64,000 bases of DNA from Chloroflexota bacterium (GTDB lineage: Bacteria > Chloroflexota > Anaerolineae > J102): NCBI GenBank assembly GCA_041918515.1, contig JAYRVO010000089.1:67921-131920 (forward strand). Direction: 5' to 3'. The position numbers were made by a program, and so were the translations under genes. Shown piece by piece: positions 50,883-59,898 of this stretch. The first letter of the stretch is position 1. Each line of letters begins with the position of its first letter. Below the pieces are notes generated by a model. The model did no database searches. It was given only the letters and a program-made list of their open reading frames with translations, and was not told the origin of the DNA.

Positions 50883-52160
50883 TTAGATTTCTGGGCCTGC
50901 TACGGCCAGAACATAGCAATCGGGGTGCAGATAAGTCTGGGCGACGCGCAGAATGTCGTCTTTGGTCACGGCCTGTATCTTCTCCGCATAGCTCGATAGA
51001 TGGTCCAGCCCCAAATCATACCAGGTCATGTCCAACAGGTAGCCGGCAAGACCGCCGTTGGTTTCCAGACGCAGAGGCAGTGAACCCGTGAGATTGGCCT
51101 GCACATCGGCCAGCTCGTCATCGCTCACCGGCTCCTGGACGATGCGCGCGACTTCGTCGCCGATGGTCTTGACAGTCTGGGCAACGTTGGCCGGGTTGAC
51201 GCCGGCGCTGGCGTACCATGTGCCCGCCACGCTGTTGCTCTCCAGAATGCTGGCAGCATAGTAGGCCATGCCTTGTCGCTCGCGAATGCTGTGGCCCAGC
51301 CGCCCCCCCATGCCGAACTGGCCCAAGATGCTGTTGGCGAGGAGGGCGGAGAAGAAATCGTCGTGGCGGCGAGGGAGGCCGTGCCAGCCCAGCAGGATGT
51401 CGCTCTGGCTCTTGCCGGGCATCGTCATCATGCGGCTGCTGGGCGCGGCCAACGGCGGGATGGGGGCGGTCGCCGGGATCGGCTGAAGATCGGGCTGCTG
51501 CCATGCGCCCAGGGTGCGCTCCAGGGCAGCCAGCACAGCAGCGGCGTGGACAGCGCCCACGACCACGATGATGCCGTCGTCCGGGCCGATGTAGCGGCGA
51601 TAGAAGGCCGACACATCCTGACGTTGCATGCTGGCGACCGTTTCCTCGTAGCCGGAGATGGGGCGGCCATAGGGGTGGCCGGGGGGGAAGAGGCGTTCGC
51701 GAAAACTGAGGGCAGCCGAGGCGCGGGGGCTGTGCTTGCGTTCTTGGATGCCAGTGAGGATTTGGGCTCGTATCTGCTCGATCTGGCCGGGATCGAAAGC
51801 CGGCTCGGCCAGGCTCTCGGCCAGACAACCGAGAATAAGATCGAGGTCAGCGGGCAGGCATTTGGCGTCGAAGGAAATGACGTGCCGTCCGCTGCCGAAG
51901 CCAAAAGAAGCGCCTACCGCTTCGACTGTTTCGTTGAGGGCGTCGAAGCTGCGCTGTTGCGTACCTCGGCGTAGCATGGCCGCCGTCAGATTCGCCAGTC
52001 CCGCTTGCGCAGCCGTCTCGCAGACAGCGCCGCCGCCCAGATAGGCGTCGAGGACGACGGTCTCGCTGCTGAAGTTTTCATGGACGAAGACGCGCAGGCC
52101 ATTGGCCAGGGCGGATGTGACGATGTTGTGGGGACCGGGAAGGCTGGCGGAGAAAGTCAT
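50883..52160 (-). CDS. M16-family peptidase, non-catalytic/beta-like subunit
   Basis: Peptidase_M16 and M16_C fold blocks without the HxxEH motif. It is translationally coupled (4-bp overlap) to the upstream catalytic M16 gene. Confidence 0.7.
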   Translation of the reverse strand: MTFSASLPGPHNIVTSALANGLRVFVHENFSSETVVLDAYLGGGAVCETAAQAGLANLTAAMLRRGTQQRSFDALNETVEAVGASFGFGSGRHVISFDAKCLPADLDLILGCLAESLAEPAFDPGQIEQIRAQILTGIQERKHSPRASAALSFRERLFPPGHPYGRPISGYEETVASMQRQDVSAFYRRYIGPDDGIIVVVGAVHAAAVLAALERTLGAWQQPDLQPIPATAPIPPLAAPSSRMMTMPGKSQSDILLGWHGLPRRHDDFFSALLANSILGQFGMGGRLGHSIRERQGMAYYAASILESNSVAGTWYASAGVNPANVAQTVKTIGDEVARIVQEPVSDDELADVQANLTGSLPLRLETNGGLAGYLLDMTWYDLGLDHLSSYAEKIQAVTKDDILRVAQTYLHPDCYVLAVAGPEI

Positions 52161-53443
52161 GCTGCGCTACCCTCCGGCGTGTACCATCCCACCACCCGGT
52201 TCTTGGCGGTCAGATAGGCGCGGGCCACGCGCTGCACATCTTCGCTGGTGACGGCGGCGAGGTGTTCGAGGAATCCGGCCAGCCAGGTGGTAGAGGTCAC
52301 GATCTCGCTGAAACCCAGCCACATGGCCTGATTTGTCACGCTCTCGCTGCCATAGACGAATTGCGCCGTAGCGCCTTTGATGGCCTTGTGCAGCTCGTCT
52401 TCGGCGACCGGAGTTTCTTGCAGTCGCTGCAATTCGGCAAAGACGGCTGCCTCCACCTCCGGCGGCGTGCGTTGGGGATGGGCCGTGGCTGAGATGGTAA
52501 GCAGGTAAGGGTCGATGGTGGCGCTGAGCGAGCTGCCGGCAGACACGGCCAGGCCGGTGTTGACCAGCGCCCGATAGAGGCGGGCCGACCGTCCCAATCC
52601 GGCGCCGCCAAAAGGAGGCATTCCTTTCGCCCCGCTCAGCACGGCATCGAGAACGACGAGGGGGAAGAAATCAGGATGGCCAGCGCCAGGGACAAGGTAG
52701 CTCAGGCTGAGATAGGAGGCGCCGCTGGGGCCGCTGATGTGCAGGCGTCTTTCGCCGCGCGCGGGGGGTTCGGCTGGGTGAGCAGGCGTGGACGTCCGAC
52801 CGGCCGGGATCGAGCCAAAGCGCTCGGCGATGCGCTCGATCAGGGCTGGTGTGTCGAAATCGCCGACGGCGACGACGATGGCGTTGTCGGGGGCGTAGAA
52901 GGAGCGATAGTGCTGGTAGAGGTCGTCGCGCCTGATGCTGCGCAGGTCTTCTTTCCAGCCGATGACCATGTGACGGTACGGGTGGGCGACGAAGCTGTGG
53001 GCTTGCACCTGTTCGTGGAGTTGGTAGGTCGGGCGGTTCTCGTTGCCCTCGCGCTCAGCGATGATGACGGTGCGTTCGCTCTCGACCTCGGCGGGATCGA
53101 AGAGGGAGTTGATCATGCGATCGGCTTCGATGCGCAGGGCCAGGTCGATGCGATCGCTGGGCATGGTCTCATAGTAAGTCGTCCAATCGAGCCAGGTCAT
53201 GCCGTTGAAGTAGCCGCCCTCACGCTGCACCATGCGGTCGAAAGCGCCGCGCGGGTGGGTGGGGGTGCCTTTGAAGAGCATGTGCTCGACCCAGTGGGAA
53301 AGCCCGGTGAGGCCAGGGCGCTCGTTGCGGCTGCCCACGCGGTACCACACCCAGAAACTGACCACAGGCGCGCTGTGCACCTCGCGCGTGAGCACGCACA
53401 GGCCGTTGTCCAATATCGCCCGCCGCACATCATCGGTGATCAT
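52157..53443 (-). CDS. M16-family zinc peptidase (insulinase/pitrilysin-like), catalytic subunit
   Basis: Inverted zinc motif HWVEHMLFKGT (HxxEH) plus a downstream E...E. The start is set at the internal Met to avoid overlap with ugd; the ORF is open to 53509. Confidence 0.75.
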   Translation of the reverse strand: MITDDVRRAILDNGLCVLTREVHSAPVVSFWVWYRVGSRNERPGLTGLSHWVEHMLFKGTPTHPRGAFDRMVQREGGYFNGMTWLDWTTYYETMPSDRIDLALRIEADRMINSLFDPAEVESERTVIIAEREGNENRPTYQLHEQVQAHSFVAHPYRHMVIGWKEDLRSIRRDDLYQHYRSFYAPDNAIVVAVGDFDTPALIERIAERFGSIPAGRTSTPAHPAEPPARGERRLHISGPSGASYLSLSYLVPGAGHPDFFPLVVLDAVLSGAKGMPPFGGAGLGRSARLYRALVNTGLAVSAGSSLSATIDPYLLTISATAHPQRTPPEVEAAVFAELQRLQETPVAEDELHKAIKGATAQFVYGSESVTNQAMWLGFSEIVTSTTWLAGFLEHLAAVTSEDVQRVARAYLTAKNRVVGWYTPEGSAA

Positions 53444-53453
53444 GTTTTCGCTC

Positions 53454-54770
53454 TCACCCGTTATTGTCCACGCGCGCTTTGCGCCCCACACCTTCGTAGC
53501 GGAAGCCAATGGCTGTCATTTCAGCGGGGTCCCAGATGTTGCGCCCGTCGATGAGCACATCCCCGCGCATGTTTGCTTTGACGCGTTTCATGTCCAATTG
53601 GCGAAATTCGTTCCATTCGGTGACGAGCAGCAGGGCGTCGGCATCGGCGGCGGCTTCGTAGGCGTTGGCGGCCAGGCGTATAGTGGGCAGGACGCGCCCG
53701 CCCACTTCCATAGCTACCGGGTCGTAAGCCTGGATAGTGGCGCCTTCGCGCATGATCTGGCGGGCGATGTCGACTGAGGGCGCTTCGCGCATGTCGTCGG
53801 TGTTGGGCTTGAAGGAAAGGCCCAACAGACCGATACGCCGGTCGCTCAGCCCACCGAGCAGCCCGCGCAGCTTGACCACGGCCTGGTGGCGTTGGTGCTG
53901 GTTGATGTCCAGCACCGCGCGTAGAAGCTGCGGATGAGCGCCGTGGACCAAAGCCATGTGTTCGAGGGCGCGCACGTCTTTGGGGAAGCAGCTGCCCCCG
54001 TATCCAAGGCCCGCATCCAGAAAATGCGGCCCGATGCGCTTGTCGTAGCCCATGCCGATGGCGACTTCCTTCACATCCGCGCCCAAGCGCTCGCAGATCG
54101 TCGCGATCTCGTTGATGAAGCTGATGCGCGTGGCCAGAAAGGCGTTCGAGGCATACTTGATCATCTCGGCGGTGCGCAGATCGGTGATCTGGATTGTCGC
54201 CCGCAACGGCGCATGCAATTGCGCCACGGCTTCGGCGGCTTCGCGGTGCAACGAGCCTAAAACGACGCGGTCGGGATTCATGAAATCGTGGATAGCCGAA
54301 CCCTCGCGCAGGAACTCCGGATTCGAGACGACCCAGAAGGGAATGGGATCGCGTTGGCGTTTGCGAATGATGTCAGCCACCCAGTCGCCTGTGCCGACCG
54401 GCACGGTCGATTTGTTGATGATGATCAGAGGGTGATCCATCGCATCAGCAATGGATTCGGCGGCCATGCGTACGTATTGCAGATCGGCCTCGCCACCCAC
54501 GCCTGATGGCGTTCCGACGGCGACGAAGACGAACTCGGCCGCATGCAGCCCTTCCTGGTAACTCGTGGTGAATTGCAAGCGTCCGGAGCGGACGTTGCGC
54601 ACGATGAGTTCTGCCAGCCCTGGCTCGTAGATGGGCACTTCACCTTCCTGCAAGGCCGCGATCTTGCGCTCATCGATGTCAAGGACGAAGACGTTGTTGC
54701 CTAAATCGGCAAAACAGGCGCCGGTGACCAAACCAACGTAGCCGGCGCCCAGGGTGCAAATGTTTTTCAC
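53454..54770 (-). CDS. ugd: UDP-glucose 6-dehydrogenase (nucleotide-sugar dehydrogenase family)
   Basis: N-terminal Rossmann GAGYVGL. Catalytic Cys block [19 protein letters not shown] motif. UDPG_MGDP_dh_C blocks. Confidence 0.85.
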   Translation of the reverse strand: MKNICTLGAGYVGLVTGACFADLGNNVFVLDIDERKIAALQEGEVPIYEPGLAELIVRNVRSGRLQFTTSYQEGLHAAEFVFVAVGTPSGVGGEADLQYVRMAAESIADAMDHPLIIINKSTVPVGTGDWVADIIRKRQRDPIPFWVVSNPEFLREGSAIHDFMNPDRVVLGSLHREAAEAVAQLHAPLRATIQITDLRTAEMIKYASNAFLATRISFINEIATICERLGADVKEVAIGMGYDKRIGPHFLDAGLGYGGSCFPKDVRALEHMALVHGAHPQLLRAVLDINQHQRHQAVVKLRGLLGGLSDRRIGLLGLSFKPNTDDMREAPSVDIARQIMREGATIQAYDPVAMEVGGRVLPTIRLAANAYEAAADADALLLVTEWNEFRQLDMKRVKANMRGDVLIDGRNIWDPAEMTAIGFRYEGVGRKARVDNNG

Positions 54771-54779
54771 CAGTTCCTC

Positions 54780-55844
54780 CTATGTTTGTATTTCACTCGC
54801 GGCTGCCTGACTTGCCGCCTCGAAATCCGACCACTTCAGCCGTTGCTTGTTGAAGTAGTAGAGGCCCAAGAGGGTGATCGGAATCCACAGCGCGGCGTGC
54901 AGGACGAGGGTGTAAGCGGCGGCGATTTCGCCCTTGACGCCGCCCACTACTTCCAAGATTTTGATGCCGGGCGCATCGAAGGTGCCGATGTAGCCAGGAG
55001 CTGCAGGCAAAGTCGTGAAGAGATTGACGATGCCGTTCATCAACATCAGGATCAGGAACGAGACCCGAAAATCGAAAGCGTGCATCACGAACCAATACTT
55101 CATCGTCTCGGCCAGCCAAATGACCACCGAGGTGACGAAGATCATCAGCACATCGCGTCCGCTGGTGAGCGAGGAAAGGCCGAGCATGAAACGGTCGTAC
55201 AAACCGCCCAATTTGTCCTGATAGCGATGGGGTACAAAATGGGCAATGATCCAATCATACGGCCGGCGGGCGAGACGCGGGCGGGCGGCAACGAAGATGA
55301 AAACCACCAGCGCTGCCCCGAACAACAGGCTGAACCCCATCACCCACATGCGATAGACGGAGGGGATATTGGGGGCAAAGGGCAGGGCTACGAACACGAA
55401 CAGCAACATCACCAGGCCATCGAACAGGCGCTCGATCAGCACCGTTGCCAGGCTGCCACTCATAGCGATCCCCTCCGTCCGTTTGAGGACGAACGAGCGG
55501 ATGACCTCACCAGCGCGGGCGGGATAGACATTGTTGCCGGCGTAGCCGATGCACACCACCGGAAACAGGCGCGCCAGCGGCACTGCTTTGAACGGACGCA
55601 ACATGTAGTGCCAGCGCCAGGTGCGCGCCCACACGCCGAAGAAATAGATGACCACGCCCGGCAAAATCCACCAATACTTCGCCGTGCGCAAATGGCCCCA
55701 AACCTCAGGCAAACGCATCTGATAAAGAGCGTACCACAACAGCACGGCGCTGATGATCAAGCCAACCCAGCTCAAGAGCCGTTTCAAACTATGCTGCCTC
55801 GCGTTGAACCATAGAAATAGAAGGATACATATTGCCGCCCTCAT
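54780..55844 (-). CDS. Flippase-like / lysylphosphatidylglycerol-synthase TM-domain (UPF0104, PF03706) membrane protein
   Basis: ~8 TM helices with a conserved YAGNNVYPARAGEVIRSFVL block typical of the LPG_synthase_TM/flippase-like family. Confidence 0.65.
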   Translation of the reverse strand: MRAAICILLFLWFNARQHSLKRLLSWVGLIISAVLLWYALYQMRLPEVWGHLRTAKYWWILPGVVIYFFGVWARTWRWHYMLRPFKAVPLARLFPVVCIGYAGNNVYPARAGEVIRSFVLKRTEGIAMSGSLATVLIERLFDGLVMLLFVFVALPFAPNIPSVYRMWVMGFSLLFGAALVVFIFVAARPRLARRPYDWIIAHFVPHRYQDKLGGLYDRFMLGLSSLTSGRDVLMIFVTSVVIWLAETMKYWFVMHAFDFRVSFLILMLMNGIVNLFTTLPAAPGYIGTFDAPGIKILEVVGGVKGEIAAAYTLVLHAALWIPITLLGLYYFNKQRLKWSDFEAASQAAASEIQT

Positions 55845-55875
55845 TCTAGCACAGCCTATGGCCTGGCTGACAACT

Positions 55876-55904
55876 TTGACACACCATTACCTGCCCGCTA
55901 TAAT
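55876..55904 (+). promoter_or_regulatory. Consensus sigma70 promoter TTGACA-17-TATAAT driving tRNA-Glu
   Basis: Exact consensus -35 and -10 hexamers with a 17-nt spacer, 14 nt upstream of the mature tRNA 5' end. Confidence 0.75.
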
Positions 55905-55918
55905 GCACCGTGCAAGTG

Positions 55919-55991
55919 GGCCCATTCGTCTAGCGGCCCAGGATGCAGCCCTCTCAAGGCTGAGACACGGGTTCGAACCCCGTATGGGCCA
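55919..55991 (+). tRNA. tRNA-Glu (anticodon CUC)
   Basis: Manual fold: acceptor GGCCCAT/ATGGGCC; D-arm TCGTCTAGCGGCCCAGGA, a tRNA-Glu hallmark; anticodon stem CAGCC/GGCTG with loop CTCTCAA; T-arm ACGGG-TTCGAAC-CCCGT; discriminator A. CCA is not encoded. Confidence 0.85.
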
Positions 55992-56001
55992 CTTTTCTAC
56001 A

Positions 56002-56035
56002 CCCCAACCGAGCATCCCGGTTGGGGTCTTTTTTG
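56002..56035 (+). terminator. Rho-independent terminator after tRNA-Glu
   Basis: ccccaaccg-agcatc-cggttgggg followed by tctttttt. Confidence 0.8.
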
Positions 56036-56137
56036 CAACTCTTTGATTGTGTTAGAATAGCGCCCACATTCGGCGGCATCGCCAATTCGTCTTCATTCAT
56101 TACCACCCTAAAAGATTCCACCCCAAGAGGAGTAGCC

Positions 56138-57427
56138 ATGGGCGCTAATAGTCTCACTGTAACCGATAATCGCACTGGCCAGACCTACGAACTCCCCATC
56201 ACCGATGGCACCATCAATGCCATGGAACTACGGCAGATCAAAACCGACGCCGCTGACTTTGGCCTGATGAGCTACGACCCCTCGTATCTGAACACTGCCT
56301 CATGTCGCAGCACCATCACCTACATCGATGGCAATAAAGGCATCCTGCGCTATCGCGGATATCCCATCGAGCAATTGGCGGAACAATCCACCTTCCTCGA
56401 AGTCGCCTACCTCACCCTTTATGGCGAGCTTCCCACCTCGCAGCAACTCGAGCAGTGGGTATACGACATCACCCACCACACCCTGATCCACGAAAGCCTG
56501 CGCGTCTTCCTGGATGGCTTCCGCTACGACGCTCACCCGATGGGCATCCTGATCAGCGCCGTTGCCGCCCTCTCCACCTTCTACCCTGAGGCGCGCAACG
56601 TCAACGACTGGGCATCGGTCGAGCTGCAAACCCGCCGTTTGGTGGCCAAGATGCCCACCATCGCCGCCTACGCCTATCGCCATGCCATGGGCTTGCCCTA
56701 TATCTACCCCGACAACGACCTGAGCTATACCGGCAACTTCTTGAACATGATGTTCAAGATGACCGAGATGAAGTATAAGCCCAACCCCGTCCTGGAACGG
56801 GCGCTCGATATCCTCTTCATCCTCCACGCCGACCATGAACAGAACTGCTCGACCAGCACCATGCGCATGGTGGGCAGCTCGTTGCCCGACCCCTACGTCT
56901 CGGTGGCCGCCGCCGCCGCCGCCCTCTATGGCCCGCGCCACGGCGGCGCCAACGAAGCCGTGCTGCGTATGCTCACCGAAATCGGCGACGTCAAGAACGT
57001 GCCAGAATTCATCGCCAGCGTCAAACGCCAGGAACGCAAGCTCATGGGCTTCGGCCATCGCGTCTACAAAAACTTCGACCCGCGCGGCATCATCATCAAA
57101 AAAGCCGCCTACGACGTCTTCGAAGTCACAGGCCGCAACCCCCTCCTGGACATTGCCATGGAACTGGAACGCATCGCCCTCGAAGACGACTACTTCGTCA
57201 CGCGCAAGCTCTATCCGAACGTAGACTTCTACAGCGGCATCATCTACCAGGCCCTCGGCCTGCCCACCACCATGTTCACCGTCATGTTCGCCATCCCGCG
57301 CACGGTGGGGTGGATGGCCCAGTGGCGGGAAATGCTCAAGGACGGCGACCAGAAGATCGCCCGCCCGCGCCAGATCTTCGATGGCGTCTTGCTGCGCGAC
57401 TACATCCCCCTGCCCCAACGCTCCTGA
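56138..57427 (+). CDS. gltA: Citrate synthase (type II, GltA-like)
   Basis: Conserved citrate synthase blocks (GILRYRGYPIEQL, HADHEQNCSTSTMR, GFGHRVYKNFDPR; the catalytic H/H/D context). The start is ATG 56138 with a GAGGAG RBS. Confidence 0.9.
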   Translation: MGANSLTVTDNRTGQTYELPITDGTINAMELRQIKTDAADFGLMSYDPSYLNTASCRSTITYIDGNKGILRYRGYPIEQLAEQSTFLEVAYLTLYGELPTSQQLEQWVYDITHHTLIHESLRVFLDGFRYDAHPMGILISAVAALSTFYPEARNVNDWASVELQTRRLVAKMPTIAAYAYRHAMGLPYIYPDNDLSYTGNFLNMMFKMTEMKYKPNPVLERALDILFILHADHEQNCSTSTMRMVGSSLPDPYVSVAAAAAALYGPRHGGANEAVLRMLTEIGDVKNVPEFIASVKRQERKLMGFGHRVYKNFDPRGIIIKKAAYDVFEVTGRNPLLDIAMELERIALEDDYFVTRKLYPNVDFYSGIIYQALGLPTTMFTVMFAIPRTVGWMAQWREMLKDGDQKIARPRQIFDGVLLRDYIPLPQRS

Positions 57428-57491
57428 ACCAACGCCCATTCCCACCTTTCCGCCGCCCCCGGACGCAACCGGGGGCGGCGCGCGTCCGCCG

Positions 57492-58787
57492 ATGAAACGA
57501 TCACGTCGCTCGGCCTTTTTCATTGCCATCGCCCTTGTCGTCCTGATTGGCGGCGGCGTCACTCTCCTATTGGGCCTACGCCTGTGGCGCCAATTCGATC
57601 CCCCCTCGCCCCTCAAACAAGCCGTGGCCGCCACCGTGCGCGACCAACGCTTCGACCTGTGGCGCTATGAAGCAACGGCCATCACTGGCAAGCTGCGCGA
57701 CCTGGTGCGACGTCCGGGCCTGCGCCTCAACCCCGACGAACAACGCCGCCTGGTTCGCGAATACCGCCTGCGCTCCGGTCAGATCAGTCGTCTGGAACAA
57801 ACCATCAACCGCACCTATGCCGACCCCGCCGTGGCCGACCCCGCCGCCGCCACTGCCGATTCGCGCAAACAACTAGCCCATCTACGCACTCTCCAGACTG
57901 GCCTCCGCCCCTTGGTCGAAACCATCCTCGAAAACCAGGTGCGAACCATGCTGGCCGACATGGACCTGACCACCGCCGGCGTCGTCTTCCCACCCGTCCG
58001 TTTCGACTTCAGCGACCTTCCCAATTACCTCATCGTCTCCCCGCGCGACCGCATCGAACTAGAAACCAGCCTCCATCTCCAGCCCGATCTCGACACCCCC
58101 ACCATCACCCGCATCGAAGATGACGTGGCGCGGCGCTTCGACCGCTCGACCCTCATCGAAGGACTGGGCGGCCTCGGCGTCTGGCCGACCATGGTCATGG
58201 ACGAAGCCAGCCTCTCGTGGATCCTGGAAACCATCGCCCATGAATGGGTCCACAACTATCTGGCCTTCCACCCCCTGGGCTGGAACATGGCCGCCAGCCC
58301 GCAAATGCGCACCATCAACGAGACCGTGGCCACCATCGTCGGCGAAGAAGTAGGGCAAAAACTCGCCCACGACCTCTACGGCATCCCCTACCCCCCACCC
58401 CCGCCGCCTGGCCCACCTCCACCCCCGCCCCCACCTGACCCCAACCAATTCGACTTCAACACCGAAATGCGCCGCACCCGCCTCCACGTCGATGACCTGC
58501 TGGCTGCGGGCAAAATCGTCGAAGCCGAAAACTACATGGAAGACCGCCGCCGCTTCTTCGTCGAACACGGCTATCCCATCCGCAAACTCAACCAGGCCTA
58601 CTTCGCCTTCCACGGCTCCTACGCCACCGGCGCCGCCTCCTCCGACCCCATCGGCCCCAAACTGCAAACCCTGCGCCGCCTGGCCCCCGACCTCGCCACC
58701 TTCCTCCACACCGTGCGCGGGATCAGCCAGCCTGCCGATCTCGACCGCTTCCTGGCTGCCCATCCATCCCCCAACCCCGCCCCCTAA
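57492..58787 (+). CDS. Membrane-anchored hypothetical protein with HExxH motif and poly-Pro tract (putative metallopeptidase-like)
   Basis: N-terminal TM (AFFIAIALVVLIGGGVTLLLG). HEWVH within ILETIAHEWVHNYLAFHP. P10-type proline run. There is no confident family match. Confidence 0.5.
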   Translation: MKRSRRSAFFIAIALVVLIGGGVTLLLGLRLWRQFDPPSPLKQAVAATVRDQRFDLWRYEATAITGKLRDLVRRPGLRLNPDEQRRLVREYRLRSGQISRLEQTINRTYADPAVADPAAATADSRKQLAHLRTLQTGLRPLVETILENQVRTMLADMDLTTAGVVFPPVRFDFSDLPNYLIVSPRDRIELETSLHLQPDLDTPTITRIEDDVARRFDRSTLIEGLGGLGVWPTMVMDEASLSWILETIAHEWVHNYLAFHPLGWNMAASPQMRTINETVATIVGEEVGQKLAHDLYGIPYPPPPPPGPPPPPPPPDPNQFDFNTEMRRTRLHVDDLLAAGKIVEAENYMEDRRRFFVEHGYPIRKLNQAYFAFHGSYATGAASSDPIGPKLQTLRRLAPDLATFLHTVRGISQPADLDRFLAAHPSPNPAP

Positions 58788-58935
58788 CGCGTCGCTTCCC
58801 GGCCAGTTTGACAGCCCCCCAACCCTATGCCATAATCCCATACAGTAAATTCCCTCATACACCAGAGAATTTACCACCCCCTCCTTCGCTATCCCACCGT
58901 ACAGGAGGTGATGTCAATGGACTTAGGTAGTAAAC

Positions 58936-59014
58936 GCGCCGTGGCATCACCTCGCCAGATTGGGTAATGCCACGGCGCACCGCGCAAAAGGCCTCCCGCA
59001 AGGGAGGTCTTTTG
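58936..59014 (+). terminator. Tandem hairpins: 12-bp stem-loop followed by intrinsic terminator
   Basis: gcgccgtggcat...atgccacggcgc (19-nt loop), then aggcctccc-gcaa-gggaggtcttttg. Confidence 0.6.
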
Positions 59015-59037
59015 CTACCCTTGAGAGGTCAATCGAC

Positions 59038-59859
59038 ATGCGACGCCTTCTCGGTCTCTTCGCCATCACCGCTGGCATCCTGGGCCTCCTCATCGCCATC
59101 ACGGGGATCATCCTCATCCCGCCCGCTATCGACAGCATCGGTGGGCAGGTCGACGCCACCCTCGGCCTCGCCGCCGACAGCCTCGGCGCCATCAACCGCA
59201 CCCTCGCCTCTCTCCAGGGCGCCGTCGACGAAGTCGGCGACAGCTTACAAACGGTGGAACGCGCCATCGCCGACGCCTCCCAAACCCTCACCGACACCGC
59301 GTCCCTCATCGCCGGCGTCGCCGACCTGTCACAAAACGTCGCCGGCAGCATCGCCGCCTTCCGCGACTCCGTCCCCACCCTGGCCGATCTGAGCCAGACC
59401 ATCGACCGCACCCTGCGCGCTTTGGGGCGCTTTGGCCTGGGAACCTACAACCCCGAACAACCACTCGACACCGCCGTCCGCTCCATCGGCGACAGCTTCG
59501 ACGGCGTCCCTGGCCAACTGCACGGCCTGGCCATCAACATCAGCGCAGCCGACAAAAACATTGGCGGCATCAGCGAAAATCTCAACGGCGTCGTCACCGA
59601 CCTCAAAACCATCGGCGCCAGCATCAGCACCATGCCCGCCCTGCTCGACGACCTCGCCGCCAACATGACCGCCGCCCAACAACGAGTCGAAGACGTGCGC
59701 GCTCGCGTCGCCCAGGGCGTGCGCCTGCTCAAGATCGCCACCATCCTCTTCCTACTCTGGCTGGCCCTCAGCCAGGCCTTTCCCCTCTACTGGGGCTACC
59801 ACATGCTGATCGAGCCACGCCAATCCACCCCTCGTCCCCTGACCCCGACCCGGCGTTGA
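59038..59859 (+). CDS. Hypothetical membrane protein: N- and C-terminal TM helices flanking an Ala/Leu-rich helical repeat domain
   Basis: MRRLLGLFAITAGILGLLIAITGIILIP at the N-terminus and KIATILFLLWLALSQAF at the C-terminus. Internal ~30-aa amphipathic repeats (DSLGAINRTLASLQGAVDEVGDSLQTVERAIADASQTLTDTASLIAGVADL...). Confidence 0.5.
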   Translation: MRRLLGLFAITAGILGLLIAITGIILIPPAIDSIGGQVDATLGLAADSLGAINRTLASLQGAVDEVGDSLQTVERAIADASQTLTDTASLIAGVADLSQNVAGSIAAFRDSVPTLADLSQTIDRTLRALGRFGLGTYNPEQPLDTAVRSIGDSFDGVPGQLHGLAINISAADKNIGGISENLNGVVTDLKTIGASISTMPALLDDLAANMTAAQQRVEDVRARVAQGVRLLKIATILFLLWLALSQAFPLYWGYHMLIEPRQSTPRPLTPTRR

Positions 59860-59898
59860 CGCGCAGGCGCTATTCGCCCGCCACACCACACTCGCCAC

